NCBI GenBank assembly: GCA_001643675.2
Contig: LSRY02000074.1
Location: forward strand, 1-64,000
Direction of reading: 5' to 3'
DNA from: Monocercomonoides exilis PA203
Lineage: Eukaryota; Protista; Preaxostyla
DNA length: 64,000 bases
This document shows, in pieces, positions 25,392-37,091 of this stretch (positions are counted from its first letter, which is position 1; every line of letters begins with the position of its first letter). Under the pieces are notes generated by a model. That model was not told the DNA's origin, did no database searches, and worked only from the letters and a program-made list of their open reading frames with translations. A program made the translations under genes and the position numbers.

Positions 25392-26830
25392 TTAGTGATA
25401 AACAAAACAATCTTTGAGTTTTTCAAAGAAACTTTTCATATTATATATACCATTGTATAAGAAATAACTAAATCCAATTTCGCAATCTTCAAATCCTTTT
25501 TCTTCCATCTTTTCAAATATCTTTCTTTTCAATTCTTTTCTTTCCTCTTCTTCCTTTTCATCATCCTCCTTTTCTTTCAATCTTCTTGAAATATTCAAAA
25601 AGAAATTCAAGCAATTCCAAATAATTGCATCATCCAAAGTTGATTGATTCATTTCCTCCAAAACCACATCAATTGCTCCCCCTTTCAGCAAGTCTTCAAC
25701 TCTCACATTTCTATTTTTTGCTGCGCTTCTCAAGGAACAAATGCACCAATAGCAAATTTCTCTTTTATTTTCTCTTGCTGCTCGAGATACCTGAACAATG
25801 CTGCTGAAAAGACTAACATATTCTTCATTCCACAAATTACAATAGAGAAAATAAATCTCTAGTATTTCAATCCATCTCATTAAAATAAGCTCTTTTTTCG
25901 ATTCTTCTTTGCTTATTTCTTCGACTTCTTTCTTCTTCCAATCCACGCACTTCGATAGCTCCTCCAATTCTTTTGCTGCCTCTTTCAAAAAATGCAGTTC
26001 GTTCAAACTTACAACTTTAAAACAATGAATGTTAATCGATCGAAAAACCAAAAACTTCCAAATAGACTGATAGGCAAGACAAGTCAGATTTCGATGTTCC
26101 TTATGATATGTGATGATTTCTTTTATCTCATTCAAATACAGATCTTGCCTCAAATCCTGGTAATAGATAAGAAAAATAATAACAATATCAAAAAGGAAAT
26201 AACAATGCTCATACATAAAATTGGTCAACACAACTCAAAGCTAATAAAGCCATTTCCCCTTCTTTTTGAATTTCTTCATTTTCCTCTTTATTCAAGGCGC
26301 CTTTCAGAAGGCAAGGCACACATACTGGTATCAATTCTGATGAGGTGTCGTAACTTAGTGCAAGAAAGCATTCGCAAAGCCCAATAAGCAGCTTCTCGTT
26401 CTTTCCTTCTTTCTTCTTATTTTCTTCAATTATCATCTTTTCAAATTTTGTGCCCAACAAAGAACTGTCAAAACTTTCGATGCAAAGCCCTTGTAATGAA
26501 TTGCAGAATCCAATAAACTTCGATAGCACAATCGTATTTTCCAACGATAGTTTGTTTGCTTCAAGCATTTTACCAATTTTGTCGAACAATTCTCTTGAGA
26601 AAATAGATTTAAATTCCTTTTTATCCATCTTGTCCATTAGTCCATAAAGTTCCTCTATTTTTTGTTTTTGCACTTCTTCCTTGCAATTTCCCAGCTCAGA
26701 AAACAATTCTTCAATTAAAAAAAAGAAAGAAAGAAATTCAACCATCACAAATTCAAACACAACAATTCTGACAAACCAGTAAATTTTTCAATAATGGAAA
26801 ATTTCTGCATTTTTTCGAATATGGCACAGC
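25392..26830 (-). CDS. Lineage-specific helical protein family member (multi-exon)
   Basis: EKFT/ELFSELGNC..CVPCLLKGALNKEENEEIQKEGEMALLALS, an intron at about 26214-26157, then LYLNEIKEIITYHKEHRNLTCLAYQSIW..EKMEEKGFED. Start approximate. Confidence 0.7.
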
Positions 26831-28593
26831 CAGAAAGCAGCTTAATTATTCATATTTATTCGAAAAACGAACACAAAAAGTTAAAAGTAATTGAGTGAAT
26901 ATTAACCCCCAAAGCATAGGCATTTCGAATGTGCACACCACAGTTTTTTCTATTTGTATATTTGCCAAGCGACTGAAGAGCAAATCAAAGCTTTATCAAT
27001 TATCCTTTTTTGTAATGGTTGATTGGATCAGATTAATTGTTTTTATCAAGACTTTTCAATAATGCAACGAGAGGTCGATGATGAAATTTTTCTTTGGAAC
27101 AGTATTTTTATTTTCTCCGTGATGTGATGGTTCACAAGAAATCCATTGAAACAGCTGAGTTTCGAATGAAACATTTCATATTTGAAAACACAGGTGGTCT
27201 GCTCATAAAAATATTTTTTGAAAAAATAATTGTTCTAGTTTGCTTTTTTTTTCATATCCTTCTGCTTATTGTGAACATGCTTCATTTTGCTGAATTTTCA
27301 GAATCATTGGATCTTGTAATCAGAAATAATGCCAATTTTTCTTTGCTGAGCGTGAAAACCAAAGATGGAAAGATTATTGTATTTCGATTGAAAGAAAGGA
27401 AAATATATCGATCTTTGATCATGAAACAATTATTTATTGGATCAAGGGATGAAAACAAACTCAGCTCATCAATCATCAGCTATATTCATGAAGATTTAGT
27501 TCTCTGAAAAATGAAGTTTTAACAATAAATAAATTGATCTTCGAAAGGAAATAAAAATGGAATATATTGAGATATTTTCGTCAAAGAAAGTGGCTTGTTT
27601 TTAAGAAAGATGAATATTGTCTGCGAAAGAGGAAAGAATTTGTTCCAAGCAATGGAACGGATGATCCCATTGAAGATTGAACACCATTCTAACTTTTTTT
27701 AAATATCAGAAGGGAAATAAAGAGTTTCATGGTTTTATTTCCCTATTATTCATGTAGATGCATCAACCATTTTCGAAATAGAATGAACTTGAAATCTTCA
27801 AGAACTGCCTCACAAGAGCATTAGATTGGATATCCGTTTGAAAACACAAAGTTGGACAAAAATCAATCTTTATCATATTCTTTTTCATTAATGCATTAAA
27901 CAACAAGAAGAAATACAACTCATCTATTTCATTTGGAAGTTATTTTTCATCACATCAATCGCCATAGAATTTTGATATCTCATTCTTTTGCTTCTGAATA
28001 TCCATCTTTCGCAACCCAGTTTGTTGACAACGATGCCAAAATGCAATCAACTCAGAATTCTTTCTTCATGTTTTTTCTTTTGCCATTATTTCTTCAAACC
28101 TTTGAACAAAACATTTCAAGCTCCACAAATTATTTTGTTCGTTTTGAAAAATCTATTTTGAGCAGTGACATTCATCCCTCTTCAACAAAACCAATCACTT
28201 AAGATCAATCGACGAATCCATCATATTCTTCAGCCTTTTTCATTCTTTCCCTCAGAGGTTTTTGAAAGGTCAATTACAGTCATTTGTTATTTGTTAATTA
28301 TATTTTGCTCATCAGAAAGAGTGCAATTGGCAATGACCAGTGCTATAAGTTGACAGAAACTGAACCAGCCGCACCATTCCAGAAGGAATGTTATCCTTCC
28401 CATTTCTTCTGACAAATGCTCCTACGTTCTTTTTTCACAAGATTTATAATCTTAAACAATTCTGCATTATTTATAGTGTTGATGGTCTTTCCCATTTGCA
28501 TTTTTTCTTTAAGGTTCATTCATCATTCAAAAATATTCTCTTTTTATCATCATTCTTCTTATTCTCTTGTCAAATGACTTGGATTTGTACGTG

Positions 28594-28790
28594 ATGGAGG
28601 GAAACAGAGGAATCAGCAGAAAACGAGCGGATTGGCGCAAACGAACAAATCAGAAGAATGGCTGATGAAAAGCACTGACAGAAGGGAAGAATGGTGAATT
28701 TTTGGTGGAGCCTTTTCGAATTGAAGGGAAGAGACAAGCCAAACAATGAAGATGCATTGCGAAGAAAAGAAAGCTCTTGAGCAGATTTTA
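28594..28790 (-). repeat. About 200-bp segment, inverted copy of 30672-30868
   Basis: Both copies translate to FGLSLPFNSKRLHQKFTILPFCQCFSSAILLICSFAPIRSFSAD and differ by a few substitutions. Confidence 0.9.
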
Positions 28791-28805
28791 TTTTCGAACT
28801 ATGAC

Positions 28806-29259
28806 ACACCAAAAATTATTCAAAATGAGAATTTTTGCATTCAAAAAAATAAAAATTGCATTCAAAATAATAATTTTGCAAACAAAATAAGAACTTTTGC
28901 GTTCAAAATGGAAATTTTGCAAACAAATTAATAATTTTTTCAAACGAAATAATAATTTTTGCATTCGAATTAATAATTGTTGTAAACCTAACAAAAATTT
29001 ATTCGCACTCTCACCAAATTTTGTGAAAATCAGTTTGCCACTTTTGAATCGGAAATAATTTTGTGTTGTCATAATTTTTTTGTACGAAAGAAAAATTTTT
29101 GAAATTTTTAATTTTCTGACATAAATTTTAATAATTTCATATAATTATTATTCATATGAAAACATAAGATATTTTCATTTTGAATGAAAAATTTTTTAAT
29201 TCGTTTGCAAAATTATTAATTCGATAGTAAAAATTCTCATTTTGAATAATTTTTGGTGT
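28806..29259. mobile_element. About 454-bp MITE-like element with about 31-bp TIRs
   Basis: Starts ACACCAAAAATTATTCAAAATGAGAATTTTT and ends AAAAATTCTCATTTTGAATAATTTTTGGTGT. Subterminal AATAATTTTGCA-type repeats; no clean TSD. Confidence 0.75.
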
Positions 29260-29339
29260 ATTTTAATAAAAAGAAACTTCATTTTCACTTTTATTTTCTT
29301 TTACGAATTTTTTAAAAAATGAAAACCATTTGTTTGTTA

Positions 29340-29830
29340 GGTAAGTGGGCAGATAACGACCGGTAAAAAAATTAGATTTACATGTTTTTATATATATAGA
29401 CTATTACTAATGAAACCAATTATGATATTTCTCAGGTGATTTTCGAATTACAGTGATTCAAAGCTGAGAAAACCTATTTTTTTTAAATCCAACAGGAATT
29501 TTTATTTTGAAAGCTTCCTCACTTTAAATAAAAAACCCTTATCAGTTAAATAAACAAAAGTTTTCGTTAAATATAACCCTAATAAACACATTGACAATGG
29601 ATAAATCTTTATTTCCGAAAAAAACCTAAAAGAAAGTTTCTCTCTTTTTTATCTTAGGGGTTTGATCATTAATTTTTGATAAAAATTGCTTTTTAACCAC
29701 AAAAAATATTCAGTTTTTTAACGAATATTTCTCCTTTATGTGAATTATTTCATCAGTGAATTAGGTTTTCAAATGTCAATAGTACTTCTTATAGACAATT
29801 TTTATACCGGTCGCTATGTACCCTCTTACC
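29340..29830 (-). mobile_element. 491-bp non-autonomous TIR element (MITE), copy 2, inverted
   Basis: Same length as 22000-22490 and identical to its reverse complement in spot checks. Confidence 0.92.
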
Positions 29831-29976
29831 AAAGGTTATTGAAAAAGTTCGGAATAAATCGTTGTTTTATTTTTTTAATGAATGTATTTTACTTTTTATT
29901 ATTATTTCCTATTCAACTTATTTTATTTTGGGTATTTCGGATTTTGGAATTTTCAGATCATAATTGTTATTTGAAT

Positions 29977-30255
29977 ATGAATCCTCCAGGCAAAAAATAT
30001 CAGATTTTCGTGAGGTCATTGACAGGGAAAACAATGGTTCTTATGATTTCAAAAGAGGATACAATTGAAAATATTAAGAAACAAATTGAAGAAAAAGAAC
30101 GAATTCCAGTATCAGAACAAAGAATTATTTTTTCTGGCAAAGAGCTTGTAAACAATAAAACAGCGGAGGATTACTTTATCCTGAAAGAAGCTACACTTCA
30201 TCTTGTGCTGAGGCTTCCTGGTGGAATTCCATTTTTCTGTGAAATCACAAATTAG
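29977..30255 (+). CDS. Divergent ubiquitin-like protein with LRLPGG plus a 9-aa tail
   Basis: [69 protein letters not shown]. Confidence 0.85.
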   Translation: MNPPGKKYQIFVRSLTGKTMVLMISKEDTIENIKKQIEEKERIPVSEQRIIFSGKELVNNKTAEDYFILKEATLHLVLRLPGGIPFFCEITN

Positions 30256-30671
30256 AAATATCATCACATTTTTCATTGATCATGTTGAGATGGCTTTGTC
30301 TGTGTTCCAATTTTTTTAATTTGTACTGAATGCCCGTTTAACTCGAAGGGTCCTTGGGCTTTCCGGCAAGCAGCTGGAAAACAATAAAAGCACAAACAAT
30401 CATATTTATGAAAGAAAGAAAATGAATGTTTTTCTTGTCTTTTGAATTAGTGGAATATCTTAAACATTTTGAGAGTTTATATTCCAATAATTTAATTATA
30501 ATTCTTGTTTTTCGTTGTTTTTTAAAGAATTTGACTTTCTGTTCAAAATTTTGGCATTCTTGTGTTATTTTGAAAATGTTTTTATTGTTCAATTTTCATT
30601 TCAAAATCTCATGATCATTAACATGGAAAAGAAAATGAAATGAAAAATTTGAAACAAAATTGATGAGGAAA

Positions 30672-30868
30672 AAAAATCAGCTCAAGAGCTTTCTTTTCTT
30701 CTCAAAGCATCTTCATTGTTTGGCTTGTCTCTTCCCTTCAATTCGAAAAGGCTCCACCAAAAATTCACCATTCTTCCCTTCTGTCAGTGCTTTTCATCAG
30801 CCATTCTTCTGATTTGTTCGTTTGCGCCAATCCGCTCGTTTTCTGCTGATTACTCTGTTTCCCTCCAT
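30672..30868 (+). repeat. About 200-bp segment duplicated at 28594-28790; start of a decayed gene-like region
   Basis: Direct comparison. Confidence 0.85.
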
Positions 30869-32093
30869 CCCATGCAAATCTCAACATCTTGGCAAGAGGA
30901 GGCAAATGTGAAGGTGAAGGAGAAAGAGAAGGAGAAGGCGAAGGAGAAGGAGAAGGAGAAGGTGAAGGAGAAGGGTTTGCTGTTGAATCCCTTGGCCAGC
31001 ATTTCATGCGCAGAATACAACAGCAAATGCACCGAGGATGCCAAAGATTCAAGTCAACAAATTCAGAATGCTCACAGAAGAACAGAGACAAATCACGACT
31101 CGCTGCTCTCCCTCATCTTTTCGCATCTGCCTTGCCTTCCAATCACCAACCAAAAAGCTCCTCTTGTTCTCTTCTTCCTCTTTGCTGCGATCATCCTTCG
31201 CCTTCCTGTTCATTGCCTTTGCCTCCTCAAGTTGCGTGGGGGTGTCTGCTTCATCCATCACATCGCAAAGTCCATCCTTCCCTTTTCACTCAAATTGCCC
31301 CCTTTCCCTTCTCTTTCATCGTTCTTGCTCTCACACCCTTTCCCCATCGCAGAAGAAGCCGAAGATGATTCTCTCTCGCTCCTTCCAAACCCGTCAATCA
31401 CCAGTTCCCCTCCAACTCTCGCATCCAAGCATGCCATATTTCCTTGTTATCCCCTCTTTTTTGTTTCCTGTTTCTTCTGTTTCTCCTTCGCTTTCACACA
31501 AATACTGATCGTTTCATTTGTCAAGGACGTTTCATAATTGCTCTGCTGCCTCCACCGATCTCTCTCCATCTCTATTTATGCTTTTCTCCTTTTTCCTCTT
31601 TTCATTGATGCTCTTCTTGCCTTGCCTTTCCTTGCCTTGCACTGCAAATGACGCACTAACCATTCCTCAAATGTCCGTTGTTCCGATGCCACTTTGTTTT
31701 CATATCCAACAAAATCGTTTGTTCTTCATTCGCACGAAATAACGACTTGGCTGTCTGGGAACAGATGAAGAGGCCAAGAAAACGTTTGTTTGTTTCCCAC
31801 AAAGCTTGACTTTAATACTCCATCGAAAGGGGCTTCTTTGCCTTTCCCCGCGATCCTCCAACTTATTTGCTTGATGGCTCAAACTCGCCGACGCCCTTTG
31901 TCGATGCAAGGCCATATTCTTGAAGAAGACGAAAAGCACTGAAAAGTGCGCAGCTTGGCAAACGAGGCTGATTCGCGACATCCACGGGCTCTAAGAAAAT
32001 GCAATTGCCTGCCCCACCAAACAAAGTGCTGCGCCTTTTTCATGAACAACAACAATTCACTCTTCCTTTTCTCCTCAAATTTCACAATTCCCT

Positions 32094-35000
32094 TGTCCCT
32101 TCCATTCCACTCATAAATTAACAAAAAAGGTGCCACCACACTTTCTGCACCCGTCAGCCATCGCATATCGAGAAAAGGCCATTTTCTTTTGTTCACTCGA
32201 TCAGATGGATCATCCCACCCACACTCACATGCAATTGTTCCCAACAAAACACAAAACACTCACAACACCACAAGAAGCAGCACGGGCCGTGCGGCATGCT
32301 CAGTTAACAGGATATGGTGGAAAAGAAAAAAACAGAAAAAAATTTTGGATGGAGGAGTTGGAGTATGGGAGGGGCGGGGCGGAAGGGGCGAAATTGTTTG
32401 GATCTTTGTTTGAAAGGATCAAAATGCTTGCACAAGTATTGGCAGAAACGGCGGAGCAAGAGTGGAACTACGGCAACGTGATCATGGCAGGGTACATGAT
32501 TGCGGCGCTGTTTTTCATCATGACGCTGAGGTGTGTGGCTGTGGTGTTTAGCGCCTTCGGCAGCTCTTTGGGGCTGGTGGGGGCGTGTTTGGGCTGAAAT
32601 TCATTTTGTTGTTTTTTGTGTCTTTTCTTGTGTGCTTGCGCTTGGGGGTGGTGTGGCGTGCGGCGCGGCTGTGGTTTGTGTTCTGTGCTGACTTTTGTGG
32701 CGACTCGAACAAACAACCAAACAACCAAACAACCAACAAATGATAAAAACGCCTCCTTCAATCGACGAATCTGGCGAAACAAACGCATCCTGCGAACGAT
32801 TTGCACGTGTGGGCTGTTCTGCATCTGGGCACACGGAACACGAAATACGAACAATGTCAATGAAAAAAAAAACTGATGAATGGTTCAATTCAGCGGATTG
32901 AGCAACCAGGAGAGTGCGAAGAAAGGAAACTGGTACGGCGTGATTGGGATGATGTTTGGCGTGGCGCTGGCGACGGTTGATGCGTGGCACGATGCGACAG
33001 CGAAGGGGGCAGACATCTGGAAGATTCTGGGGACGATTGTGCTGATGATTATCCCGGGAGCGTCGATCGGGGTGTATGTGGCGCTGCGTGTGGTGATGAC
33101 GGCGATGCCGGAGCTGATTGCGTGCCTGCACTCGTTTGTGGGGCTGGCGGCGACGCTGATTGGGTACGGGAGCTTCTTCAACGACGAGCATGCGGAAGGG
33201 ACGTTCAACGTGGGGCTGCAGCGGCTGGAGTGCTTCCTGGGGATCTTCATTGGGGCAGTGACGTTCACGGGGTCGCTGATTGCGTTTGGGAAGCTGAACG
33301 GGAAGGTGCCGTCGAAGCCGTACATGTTTGGGGGGAAGTACCGGATGTGGATCAACGGGGGCATCATTGGGATCTCGCTGGTGTGCATGATGCTGTACAT
33401 GTATGGGCTGTCGTGGGGGTGGGACCTGATGAACCTGACGGTGGGGACAGTGCTGTCTCTGGTGCTGGGGGTGGTGCTGATCATGGCGATTGGGGGAGCA
33501 GACATGCCGGTGGTGATATCGATGCTGAACTCGTACAGCGGGTGGGCGACGGCGATGTCGGGGCTGATGCTGAGCAACATGGTGATGGTGGTGACGGGGG
33601 CGCTGGTGGGGTCGTCGGGTGCGATCCTGTCGTACATCATGTGCCGGGCGATGAACCGGTCGTTCATCTCTGTGATTCTGGGCGGGTTTGGAGAAGGGGC
33701 AGGAGGAGCAGCGGCGGCAGCAGCAGTGGAGGGAGAGATGAAGGAGATCCAGCCGATGGATGCAGCGCAGCTGGTGGCGAAGTCGAAGTCGATTATCATT
33801 GTGCCGGGGTATGGGATGGCAGCGGGAAAGGCGCAGCATGCAGTGGCAGCGATCACGAAGCTGATGAGGAAGCACGGGTGCAACCTGCGGTTTGCAGTGC
33901 ATCCAGTGGCTGGGCGTCTGCCGGGGCACATGAATGTGCTGTTGGCAGAGGCGCGTGTGCCGTATGACATTGTGATGGAGATGGAGAAGATCAACCCCGA
34001 CTTCCCGTCGACAGATCTGGCGATTGTGCTTGGAGCGAACGACATTGTGAACCCGTCAGCGCTGGACGACCCGAACTCGCCGATTGCAGGGATGCCAGTT
34101 GTGGAGTGCTGGAAGGCGAAGAACGTGATAGTGATCAAGAGAGGGAAGGGAACAGGATATGCGGGTGTGGAGAACCCGCTGTTCTACAAAGAGAACACGC
34201 GGATGCTGTATGGGAATGCGCTGGCGGTGTGCGAGAAGATGCTGGCGAACCTGACGGGGATCCTGGGAGACTCGTCGGCGGTGGCAGCAGCAGCGCCGAA
34301 GGTGGACGAGACGACGCCGCTGAAGCAGGAGGAGAAGGCAGGATACCAGACGCAGGAGAAGTTCCCCGACCCGGTGCACTTTGTGGGGGTGCCGAAGGAG
34401 GTGTTTGGAGGGGAGAGGCGTGTGGCAGCGACGCCGGAGTCGGTTGTGTGGATGAGGAAGATGGGCTTTGGAGTGTACATTGAGAGCGGGGCAGGAGAGC
34501 ACTCGCGGTTCAGCGACGAGGACTATGTGAAGGTTGGGGCGACGATCTGCCCGAATGCGGAGGAGCTGTACAAGAAGGCGGAGATTGTGCTGAAGGTGCG
34601 TCCGCCGCAGGAGCACCCGGTGTACAAGGTGAACGAGTGCCAGCTGATGCGGCAGGGAACAGTGATTCTGTCGTACCTGTACCCGGCGCGGAATGGGGAG
34701 GTGATGAAGGAGATGGAGAAGGCAGGGGTGACGGCGATTGCGATGGACCAGATTCCGCGTATCTCGCGTGCGCAGAAGTGCGATGTGCTGTCGTCGATGG
34801 CGGGGATCTCGGGATACCGAGCAGTGATTGAGGCGGCGTCGTATTTCCCGCGGTACATGACAGGGCAGATCACGGCAGCGGGGTCGGTGAAGCCGGCGAA
34901 GGTGCTGATTGTTGGGGCGGGTGTGGCCGGGCTGGCAGCGATTGGAGCAGCGAAGGGGCTGGGAGCGATTGTGCGGGCGTTTGACTCGCGTGTGGCGGTG

Positions 35001-36705
35001 CAGGAGCAGATTGAGTCGATGGGGGGAGAGTTCCTGACGGTGAGTGTGAAGGAGGACGGAGAAGTGGCAGGAGGATACTCGAAGGCGATGTCGGAGGCGT
35101 ATGTGCGTGAGGAGATAGCGCTGTTCACGCGGCAGGCGGAAGAGGTGGACATCATCATCACGACGGCGCAGATCCCGAACAAGAAGGCGCCGGTGCTGGT
35201 GACGGCGGAGGCGGTGTCGAAGATGAAGGCAGGGTCGGTGATTGTGGATCTGGCGGCAGAGACGGGAGGGAACTGCGAGCTGACAGTGCCTGGGAAGACG
35301 ATTGATGTGTCGAACGGAGTGAAGATTGTGGGAGAGACCGATCTGGTGGGGAAGATGGCGACGCAGGCATCGACGATGTACTCGAACAACCTGTGCCACC
35401 TGCTGGACGAGATGGGGAAGGCGCAGAACTTCTCGGTGGATGAGAAGAACGAGATCATCTATGGGTCGCTGTGTGTGATCCAGGGGAAGATCCGATGGGA
35501 TCCGAACAGGAAGCCGGTTTCGGTGACGGCACAGAAGAAGCCAGCCGGAGCAGCAGCAGCAGGAGCAGCAAAGCCAGCCACACCAGCAGCACCAGTGGCA
35601 GCAGCAGCAGCAGCAGCAACAGAGAAGAAAGAGGAGCAATCATTGCATGCGCCAGCAGGAGGAGAAGAGGAGAAGAAGTCGAAGGGATGGTTCTTCTACT
35701 TCAAGTGGACGCTGTTTGTGGTGTTTGTGGTGGGGATTCTGATTCTGGCGGTGTTCATGACGACGGAGATGCTGAACCTGATTGTGATCTTTGTGTTTGC
35801 GATCTACATTGGGTTCATGGTGATCTGGAATGTGACGCCGTCGCTGCACACGCCGCTGATGTCGGTGACGAATGCAGTGTCTGGGATCATCATCTGCGGA
35901 GGAATTGTGGAGCTGACAGCGCCGTTCCTGGGGGTGTGCTTCTGTGTTGGGGCAGTGTCAGTGTTCCTGGCGTCGATCAACGTGTTTGGTGGGTTCATTG
36001 TGACACACCGGATGCTGCAGATGTTTGTGATGGAGAAGAAGATGAACTAAGTGCAAGATGGAAGATGCAAAACAGCAAGAATGGAATATCTATTTCATTT
36101 TTGTTTTTGTTTTTGTTTTCTTCTTTTTCTTCTTCAACATCCTTTTTTCTTTCTTTTTTTATTAAGAAGAAATTATATAGTGCATACCTTTTATCTTTTC
36201 TTTATTTGACTGTTGTGTGCTTTTGGCAAAGAGTCCATCATTCTGTTGTTATTGAGTGCTTTGTTGAGCTGCAAGAAAGAAAGAGGTGAAGAGAGTGAGG
36301 CGTTTGTGTGCGAGCATTTTGGAGCAGTTCGTTCGAAAGCACGTTTGGAGCCATTGGAATTTCATATTCATTGACATGTTTCACGTCAAAACATAAAACT
36401 GTATTGAAGCAAATCAAACATTTTTTATCAATATTTTTTTTTCTTATTAAAATTATTTTTGAAAGAAAGCAATCAAAATGCTTCTTCCAAAAGTGAAGAA
36501 TTTGAAGAGATGGTCCAAGTGCACCTCTGAACAAAGAAATGGATGAAGTGGGAAATGTTTGCATTCCAGTTGAATCCATTAAAAAAATAAGAGTTTTGCC
36601 TTTTTTTTTCTGCAGGAGCGTTGATGAGGAGCAACGAGTTTATTGAGAGAGCGGAGAATTGGAGTGAAGAATAGGTATGGAAAGGATTTTAACGATTTTC
36701 AATAC
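32094..36705 (+). repeat. Left arm of an inverted segmental duplication of at least 4.6 kb (partner 59390-64000)
   Basis: The window end 64000 corresponds to 32094. Homology decays near 36705 / 59390. Confidence 0.95.
32424..36050 (+). CDS. NNT: Proton-translocating NAD(P)+ transhydrogenase, single-chain beta-linker-alpha form (about 1087 aa), copy 1
   Basis: Exon 1 32424-32530 (MLAQV..GYMIAALFFIMTL), GT-AG intron 32531-32893, exon 2 to TAA. Motifs LHSFVGLAA, GGADMPVVISMLNSYSG, AMNRS, PGYGMA, HPVAGRLPGHMNVLLAEA, GVPKE..ERRVA, GAGVAG and LHTPLMSVTNAVSG. Confidence 0.97.
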
Positions 36706-37091
36706 GAGCAAAACACATTCCTTTCACTTATCATATGTGACAAAAAATAATAAAGAAAATATAATGAATGAACATAAAATTGTTGCTCAACTTGTAAAAG
36801 CTTGCTATTCATTTTTTTCTTCTTATTTGGAGTTCAAAATCCGAAATAAATAAATTTAACAATATTGGAAAAAATCGTTTAGGAAATTTTTTGCACAAAT
36901 TCGTTCAAAAATTCATATCACACAAGTATAAATGATATCTTTTTTTAGAGAAAAAATTTTGGAATTATTAAAATTAAAAAAAGTATGGAAGGAAATATTG
37001 AAGTGTTGGGTCGTTTTACTTTTCGGATTTGGGTTATTTTGTTTCTTTATTCAAAGGAGATTTGAAACTTAAAGGCAATCGAAATACAAAG

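Noticed and set aside
27000-28500. Possible decayed large-protein gene
   Set aside because: Only fragmentary ORFs; no motif that supports a call.
22000-29830. Single composite transposon with 491-bp TIRs
   Set aside because: The outer flanks do not match each other, each arm has its own TIRs, and the TSDs pair crosswise. Two MITEs plus an inversion explains this better.
29740-29976. N-terminal extension of the ubiquitin-like ORF
   Set aside because: It begins inside the MITE; the same peptide appears at 21863-22090. Chance read-through.
32740-32877. C/D snoRNA in the NNT intron (ATGATAA...CTGA)
   Set aside because: The C box is imperfect and the CTGA is absent in the second copy.
32601-35639. 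Long antisense and alternate-frame ORFs over NNT (442, 417, 527, 311 aa) and their mirrors at 60-63.5 kb
   Set aside because: Shadows of extreme GC3 codon bias; no protein motifs.
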